From the IMG/VR virus record IMGVR_UViG_3300022895_000010: 64,000 bases of DNA. One strand, given 5' to 3'. Position numbers and translations under genes: made by a program. This document shows positions 58,660 through 64,000 of the stretch, in pieces. The notes beneath the pieces were generated by a model. The model was given only the letters and a program-made list of their open reading frames with translations, had not been told where the DNA came from and made no database searches. How positions within the stretch are numbered: the stretch's first letter is position 1; the number at the start of each line of letters is the position of its first letter. This DNA is from a virus.

Positions 58660-59018
58660 GAAGTCTATTAAGGGGAGATATTTGTGATGTAGAATTTACT
58701 AATCAAGACAAAGAATCTCACATTCAAAACGGTAAAAGACCTTGTATTATTATCAGTAATAATAAAAATAATCTATTCAGTCCAGTAGTAACAGTTATTC
58801 CCTTAACGACTTCTAAGAGTAAGAGCCAAATACCTACACACGTTCTTATTAAGAAAAATAAAGACAATAGATTATTAGATCACTCAACAGCACTTTGCGA
58901 ATCAGTTTGTCCAGTAGAAAAGAAATATGTTAGCACATACAGTATTGGTAAATTAGATGCGAGTACAATGAGACAGATAGAAAAAGCAATAAATATTCAT
59001 CTAGGAATGACAGGATAA
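58653..59018 (+). CDS. mazF: MazF/PemK-family endoribonuclease
   Basis: RGDICDVEF...IQNGKRPCIIISNNKNNLFSPVVTVIPLTT...PTHV...STALCE...IEKAI..HLG. Confidence 0.85.
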   Translation: MLGSLLRGDICDVEFTNQDKESHIQNGKRPCIIISNNKNNLFSPVVTVIPLTTSKSKSQIPTHVLIKKNKDNRLLDHSTALCESVCPVEKKYVSTYSIGKLDASTMRQIEKAINIHLGMTG

Positions 59019-59050
59019 AGGAATCTCTTTTTAGAGGTTTCTTTATCTTT
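59014..59050 (+). terminator. hairpin terminator
   Basis: GATAAAGGAATCTCT / AGAGGTTTCTTTATC. Confidence 0.6.
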
Positions 59051-59070
59051 AAATATAAAAAATGTCATTA

Positions 59071-59082
59071 AACATAAAAGTA
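59071..59082 (+). promoter_or_regulatory. late-type promoter AACA-N6-TA
   Basis: AACATAAAAGTA. Confidence 0.55.
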
Positions 59083-59112
59083 ATTTTATTTACACTAGGA
59101 GGAGAAATTTTT

Positions 59113-59385
59113 ATGCAACAACAAACAGGGTTACAGGATCTAGAAAGAGTAATACAGTCAGCTTATAACGAGAATCATGAATACATGGCTGTATTAATAA
59201 GTCTTCCAGGACAGGAAGAACCAGAACTTATTACCAATAAAATTGGTAGTATGAAATCTAAGTTAAAATATTATAAGGACAATTATAATGATGACTTAAC
59301 ACTGAAGCATAATCCAAATGTTAAAATTGTTGGTTATGTAAGTTCTTATAGTCTGGAAGGCTTAGGGATATTACTAGATTTCTAA
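59113..59385 (+). CDS. hypothetical protein
   Basis: ATG after AGGAGGAG RBS. Confidence 0.7.
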   Translation: MQQQTGLQDLERVIQSAYNENHEYMAVLISLPGQEEPELITNKIGSMKSKLKYYKDNYNDDLTLKHNPNVKIVGYVSSYSLEGLGILLDF

Positions 59386-59395
59386 ATGTTATTAG

Positions 59396-59438
59396 AAGGA
59401 TATCATCATAACGATGGTATCCTTTTATTTTTTTTTTT
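59396..59438 (+). terminator. intrinsic terminator
   Basis: AAGGATATCATC / GATGGTATCCTT plus long T tract. Confidence 0.75.
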
Positions 59439-59467
59439 ATACTACATAATAAAGGGGATATATAAAG

Positions 59468-59851
59468 ATGTCAATAGTAAACTTAGAAGCAATTGATAAA
59501 ATGAATAAAGCTTTAACATTATTAGATAATGGAGAATCTATTGGAACAGAACATCTAGCAGGTAAAGTAATAATGAATTTAGACTTAGGTCTATGGATAA
59601 AAGTATGGTATACAATGGATAGAGAGGTATATTTTATTGATATGCGTGGTAAACGTGTTAAAGGGAAATTAGTAAAAGGTGATGATAATAACTTATATGT
59701 AGAGTTAGATGATACAACTAGATTGCTACTATTAAGGATTAATGAAACAATGCATTATAATTACACACCTTATTATGATATTGAATCTAAGAGCAGTTTT
59801 AAAGGAGAGAGAATAAGTGAAATTGACATGTATTGGAAATCAAGTATGTAG
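59468..59851 (+). CDS. hypothetical protein
   Basis: ORF track. Confidence 0.65.
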   Translation: MSIVNLEAIDKMNKALTLLDNGESIGTEHLAGKVIMNLDLGLWIKVWYTMDREVYFIDMRGKRVKGKLVKGDDNNLYVELDDTTRLLLLRINETMHYNYTPYYDIESKSSFKGERISEIDMYWKSSM

Positions 59852-60065
59852 TCCTAAATACGGAGCACAGAAAATTATTCAGCTAGACAATCTTGATATG
59901 CAACAATTTATTTTTGAAAACCGTGATAGAGGAAGAAAGATGTTTTTCAGGGATTTTAAAGATGACCTAATAGAAGGAGAAATAATTACGACTTACAATG
60001 ACCTAATAATGTTTAAGACTGAGGAAGACACCTACTCTTTCTTAGACAAAGTAAAGGAGGAATAG
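59817..60065 (+). CDS. hypothetical protein
   Basis: ORF with AGGAG RBS. Confidence 0.6.
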   Translation: MKLTCIGNQVCSPKYGAQKIIQLDNLDMQQFIFENRDRGRKMFFRDFKDDLIEGEIITTYNDLIMFKTEEDTYSFLDKVKEE

Positions 60066-60068
60066 AAT

Positions 60069-61334
60069 ATGTCTACTATTAAGGATAATCATAAAGTAAT
60101 CACCTGTAAGACATCAACTACATTCGCTTATATGGTTGGTGGGATTACAAGCTTTGCTTCAAGTTTCTTTATGTCTAAGTTTCCTAAAGGTTATTTTAAA
60201 AAGCTATTTATTATAGACTCCTTTAATTCAACTAATATGAGAAATGAAGACTTCTATGAACAGTCTACACCTTATATTTCTATCCAACCAGTCTTTGAAG
60301 TAGGTAATACATTCACCGAAATGCAACCCTATTGGCAAACTACTAACTATTGGATATTTAGAAATAAGATTAAGAACTATACACCAGTATTAAAGGATAA
60401 AGAATCAGGTATTAATATCTATGCAGTACCTAGTAGAGTTAAAGTTAATTTCAATATATCTATTAAGTTACCTACTGTTATGAGTGCTTATGAATCTATG
60501 CATTATATTACACAGAACTTTGAGACTACTGGTTATAATTATATTAATGATATTAAGTTACAAACAGAGATTCCTCCTTCATATATTAAGATTATTGCTA
60601 AGACGTTAAAGTTAGATGTTAATAATAAAGAGGATAAAGATAAATTGAATGAGTTCTTATTATCACATTCTTATAGCGGTATTCAAGAGATAATCAATAT
60701 GTCTACAGGACGCCCTAGTCATATGTATAATCTTAATTCAAATATATTAGTTAATTATCCTGATACTGCTACGTTTGAAAAGAATAATGAAGGAGCTGTA
60801 GTAAAAGATACTGTTGTTAAGTACTCTTTCAGTATGGAGACTTGGATTCCTTCTAACTATATTATGGAAGTACCAGATTCTAATATGATTATCGATGAAG
60901 AAGAGGATAACTTAGTAGATGAGAAAGGTAATTATAAGTTTAATCTTATCTTTAAGAAGGACTATATAGAGCACGAATTAGATGGCAAACATTTATTAGT
61001 GAAGAAATCATATATTCCTGATGTTAATGTAGAATATGATTTATTAGAGTTTGAACCAATTATTAGTGAAGAAGTTATTAGTGTATTAAAAAAATTGAAG
61101 GAATATAACAAGAATATAAGTAATGTGATGAAAGCTATAGTATATATTAATGGTAGGGAATTATCTGAAAGTCTTTATGATGTGGATTGGGATAATTATA
61201 CTCTTAAGACATTTCATCCATTAAGCAATAAAACCTATACAATACTATTATATGGTAATTTACCTATATTGAATCAAGCTTCTGATTATATTCAGAATGG
61301 TGTAGAGAGAAAAATAGCACATATGAGATTTTAA
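60069..61334 (+). CDS. hypothetical protein, probable virion structural protein
   Basis: ORF with AGGAGG RBS; C-terminal VYING...YDVDW repeat like structural proteins. Confidence 0.55.
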   Translation: MSTIKDNHKVITCKTSTTFAYMVGGITSFASSFFMSKFPKGYFKKLFIIDSFNSTNMRNEDFYEQSTPYISIQPVFEVGNTFTEMQPYWQTTNYWIFRNKIKNYTPVLKDKESGINIYAVPSRVKVNFNISIKLPTVMSAYESMHYITQNFETTGYNYINDIKLQTEIPPSYIKIIAKTLKLDVNNKEDKDKLNEFLLSHSYSGIQEIINMSTGRPSHMYNLNSNILVNYPDTATFEKNNEGAVVKDTVVKYSFSMETWIPSNYIMEVPDSNMIIDEEEDNLVDEKGNYKFNLIFKKDYIEHELDGKHLLVKKSYIPDVNVEYDLLEFEPIISEEVISVLKKLKEYNKNISNVMKAIVYINGRELSESLYDVDWDNYTLKTFHPLSNKTYTILLYGNLPILNQASDYIQNGVERKIAHMRF

Positions 61335-61352
61335 TAAGGGAGAGAATATACT

Positions 61353-61724
61353 ATGTTTGAAAATTGGTTTACTAAGAGAAAAGCATTAAAGAATGGTTTT
61401 GAAATAGTAGATATTAAAGTAGAGAATAGTTTAACTGCTCGTATCTATTATAAATTAACTAGTCTATGTCAAGTTAAGAGTGAAACCATTACTATTCATT
61501 CAGGTACATTAGAAGGAGCTATTAATGAGAGAATTAATCAGTTAAAGAAGCTCTCAGCTAATGGTATGGTTAATCATGGTTATGAAGCTGATTTGAATAG
61601 AAAGTTTAATACTGCTTCATATAGACGTGGTGATAAACCTTCTATTACTAATGCAATTGCTAGACCAGATGGTCCAAGACTAAGAGAGAAACCTTCAGAA
61701 CCTAATCGTATTGGATTTTATTAA
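61353..61724 (+). CDS. hypothetical protein
   Basis: Paralogous N-terminus to next gene; shared leader AGGAGAGAATATACTATG-like. Confidence 0.7.
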   Translation: MFENWFTKRKALKNGFEIVDIKVENSLTARIYYKLTSLCQVKSETITIHSGTLEGAINERINQLKKLSANGMVNHGYEADLNRKFNTASYRRGDKPSITNAIARPDGPRLREKPSEPNRIGFY

Positions 61725-61742
61725 TAAAGGAGAGAATATACT

Positions 61743-62390
61743 ATGGAACAATGGGAAATTAATTATATTAAGGCTAAACAATTAGGATTTGTATTAATGA
61801 ATATTGAGCATATCAATCCAGTTACAGTTCTAATTAAATTTAGAGAAGGTAAGAACATTGATGAACGAAGAGTGATTAAAAATAAAATGATTACAGTATC
61901 ACCTGAAATGGTTCATTTACTTAAAGAAAGAGTGGAAGATGAGATTAATAATCTGATACTTCAAACTATTATCCCTCTTAAGGGAAGACCAATGAGAACT
62001 GATTTAGAAATGGAATTGAATGAGAAGTACAATACAATCTCTAATATAATGGGTTCAATTGCAGATAATATTAAAGAACTTGCTGAAAATTATGATTTCG
62101 ATAAACCTCTTGAAGAAGAAGTTAAAGTTGAAATACAATTACCTCCAATGGAAGTAGCTACAGTTGAAATTGATTTAAATGATCCTGCTCCATTTATAAG
62201 ACAAATGAGAGCTGAAAAAGCTAATGAATCATGTATTAAAATGGTTGACGAATACCTAGAGGAGAATAAGAAAAAAGAAGGCGAAGAAGAGATTCTAGTT
62301 ACACAATTAGTTCCAGCAGATGTTGTTAATATGAATATGGAAATAGACGGTATTAAAAAACCTATAGAAGATTATAATAATAATAAATAA
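61743..62390 (+). CDS. hypothetical protein
   Basis: ORF track. Confidence 0.7.
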   Translation: MEQWEINYIKAKQLGFVLMNIEHINPVTVLIKFREGKNIDERRVIKNKMITVSPEMVHLLKERVEDEINNLILQTIIPLKGRPMRTDLEMELNEKYNTISNIMGSIADNIKELAENYDFDKPLEEEVKVEIQLPPMEVATVEIDLNDPAPFIRQMRAEKANESCIKMVDEYLEENKKKEGEEEILVTQLVPADVVNMNMEIDGIKKPIEDYNNNK

Positions 62391-62407
62391 TAAAAGTGAT
62401 AAATGAT

Positions 62408-63052
62408 TCAATACGAATCATTTATCACATCTCTAGTCTTTAGAACGTCATCCTCACTGTATGTTACATCTGCTCTAGTCATTTCCACTAATTCATTATA
62501 ATTTTCAATTTCCTCATCTGTTAAAGCTACGTAATATTTATTAATGAACTCATTTAAATCCCCATATACCTGATTCAAACTAACAAAGATTTGTTTAGCA
62601 TGAACTAATTCATGTACAGTAGTACTTAAAGGAGTTACACCAATTATATTATCATAGTGATCCAATAATACTTGTCTAGATATAATAAAAGTATTGAATG
62701 GTTTTTCCTCTAATATATGCTTATTCACACATAGTTGAACAATATCATAAAGAGTAAAAGGATAGTGATGGAATTCAATAATTGCATTATCATGATCAAT
62801 ATAACCTAATACAGAACAATTTTTTAAACCTACAGTATTTTTAAGGAATCCTATATAGGTTTTATATTCATTACTAGACCTAATCATTCGTTCACATCCT
62901 TTAATAAAACGTTTCAATTTCTTATCATCAAAGAAGTCAGTAAAGTAATAAGTTTCAGCAAAAATACCTTCTGTATTAGATAGTTCAATATTAGAGTCTG
63001 TTACTTTACTCTTAATATTAACAATATTATTTGGGGTTACAATTTTTTTCAT
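62408..63052 (-). CDS. hypothetical protein with HNH-like His motifs
   Basis: NCSVLG...IEFHHYP...LSTTVHELVH. Confidence 0.6.
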   Translation of the reverse strand: MKKIVTPNNIVNIKSKVTDSNIELSNTEGIFAETYYFTDFFDDKKLKRFIKGCERMIRSSNEYKTYIGFLKNTVGLKNCSVLGYIDHDNAIIEFHHYPFTLYDIVQLCVNKHILEEKPFNTFIISRQVLLDHYDNIIGVTPLSTTVHELVHAKQIFVSLNQVYGDLNEFINKYYVALTDEEIENYNELVEMTRADVTYSEDDVLKTRDVINDSY

Positions 63053-63067
63053 TTTAAAACCTCCTTA

Positions 63068-63091
63068 AACAAAAGATTATATTTTTATGTT
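63068..63091. promoter_or_regulatory. adjacent opposed late-type promoters (+ 63068-63079, - 63080-63091) serving the two divergent genes
   Basis: AACAAAAGATTA (+) and AACATAAAAATA (-). Confidence 0.6.
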
Positions 63092-63109
63092 ATGAAAGCA
63101 GGTGATTCT

Positions 63110-64000
63110 TTGCAATTCAGTTATAGAGAAAAATATAAATATACTCCTTTCACTAAAGAGGATATAAAAGAGATTCAGAACGTAATTGATTATGCTAAAG
63201 GACTCGTTATTAAAAATTCTGAATTAGCACAGGAACATGAAACGACTCTTTCCATGAAAAATGCTAATATGTATATTCAAGCTAGGACTAGAACGAATGA
63301 TAGACTTAGTGAAGCAGAGATTATCAAGATTATTAGGGATTATCAGGAGACTAATACGTATTATAAAGATTTATACGACTTACATCAAATTGATTATCTA
63401 AACTCTAGAACAGCTAAAGACTATACAATATTAAAAGCTACTATTAATAGTCTTAATAGAGAAGATAAGAACTTATTTGAAAAATGTTATTATGAATCAC
63501 TTAAATATCATCTATTAGTTACTTATACTGAAGCATTTGATAATCAACAGTATCACAGAGCATATAATGAAATGCTATTAATATTTATGACAGTCCAACG
63601 TTATATTACATATAAAATGGATTCCTACTTTAATATTGATAGTTATGATAAGAATAAGTTGAAAAATGCATTCATATCATATGGTCTAGATTACTTTGAT
63701 GGATTCCCATTGAATTATCAAAGACGTATACTTAAGAAAATCAATCAGCTAATTCAGTATAAAGGTACTAATATTGCTTTGAATGATATTCTAAGTATTT
63801 TTGGTTTTGATAATATTAAAATCTATAAATATTTATTATGTAAAGTTTATGATAGTGTAGCAGAGGATAAAAAGGACTTAATGTTCTACCGAGTACCTAT
63901 TGATGATAACTTAGATTTCAGTAAGCATTTACCTGTTACTTATGATCAAATAGTAGATAATGATCCATTCTGGCGTAGTGATAAAAAAGAATTCCTTAAT
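63110..64000 (+). CDS. large baseplate/virion structural protein, partial (runs off right edge)
   Basis: Open frame from TTG 63110 (MQFSYREKYKYTPF...); YKGTNIALNDILSIFGF resembles baseplate-wedge KGT motif. Confidence 0.65.
   Translation, partial: MQFSYREKYKYTPFTKEDIKEIQNVIDYAKGLVIKNSELAQEHETTLSMKNANMYIQARTRTNDRLSEAEIIKIIRDYQETNTYYKDLYDLHQIDYLNSRTAKDYTILKATINSLNREDKNLFEKCYYESLKYHLLVTYTEAFDNQQYHRAYNEMLLIFMTVQRYITYKMDSYFNIDSYDKNKLKNAFISYGLDYFDGFPLNYQRRILKKINQLIQYKGTNIALNDILSIFGFDNIKIYKYLLCKVYDSVAEDKKDLMFYRVPIDDNLDFSKHLPVTYDQIVDNDPFWRSDKKEFLN

Overview
64 kb of a very AT-rich jumbo phage genome, most consistent with a PBS1/AR9-like phage of a spore-forming Bacillota host. Support: a phage multisubunit RNAP beta' fragment with GGDYDGD, TATATTAT early-type and AACA-N6-TA late-type promoter motifs, a SpoIIID homologue and strong GGAGG RBSs. 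The left part (mostly - strand) holds early and replication genes (Dda/RecD2-like helicase, DnaB, SbcD, macrodomain, many small hypotheticals). The middle (+ strand) is a baseplate/tail-fibre/lysis block. The right part has the RNAP subunit, a MazF/PemK-like gene and hypotheticals. The standout feature is a retron-type reverse transcriptase (3367-5067, -; NAxxH, YADD, ITG). It is preceded by a 2.3 kb non-coding array (5150-7476) of 15 tandem units, each built like a complete retron msr-msd ncRNA: its own covarying a1/a2-like inverted-repeat arms, an invariant G at the base of that stem, a conserved CAUGUG-NNN-CGCAUG stem-loop and a unit-specific long hairpin. The inference is a phage-encoded 'retron array' in which one RT makes about 15 different msDNA-like products. 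All protein calls come from motif recognition by eye; no database searches were run.
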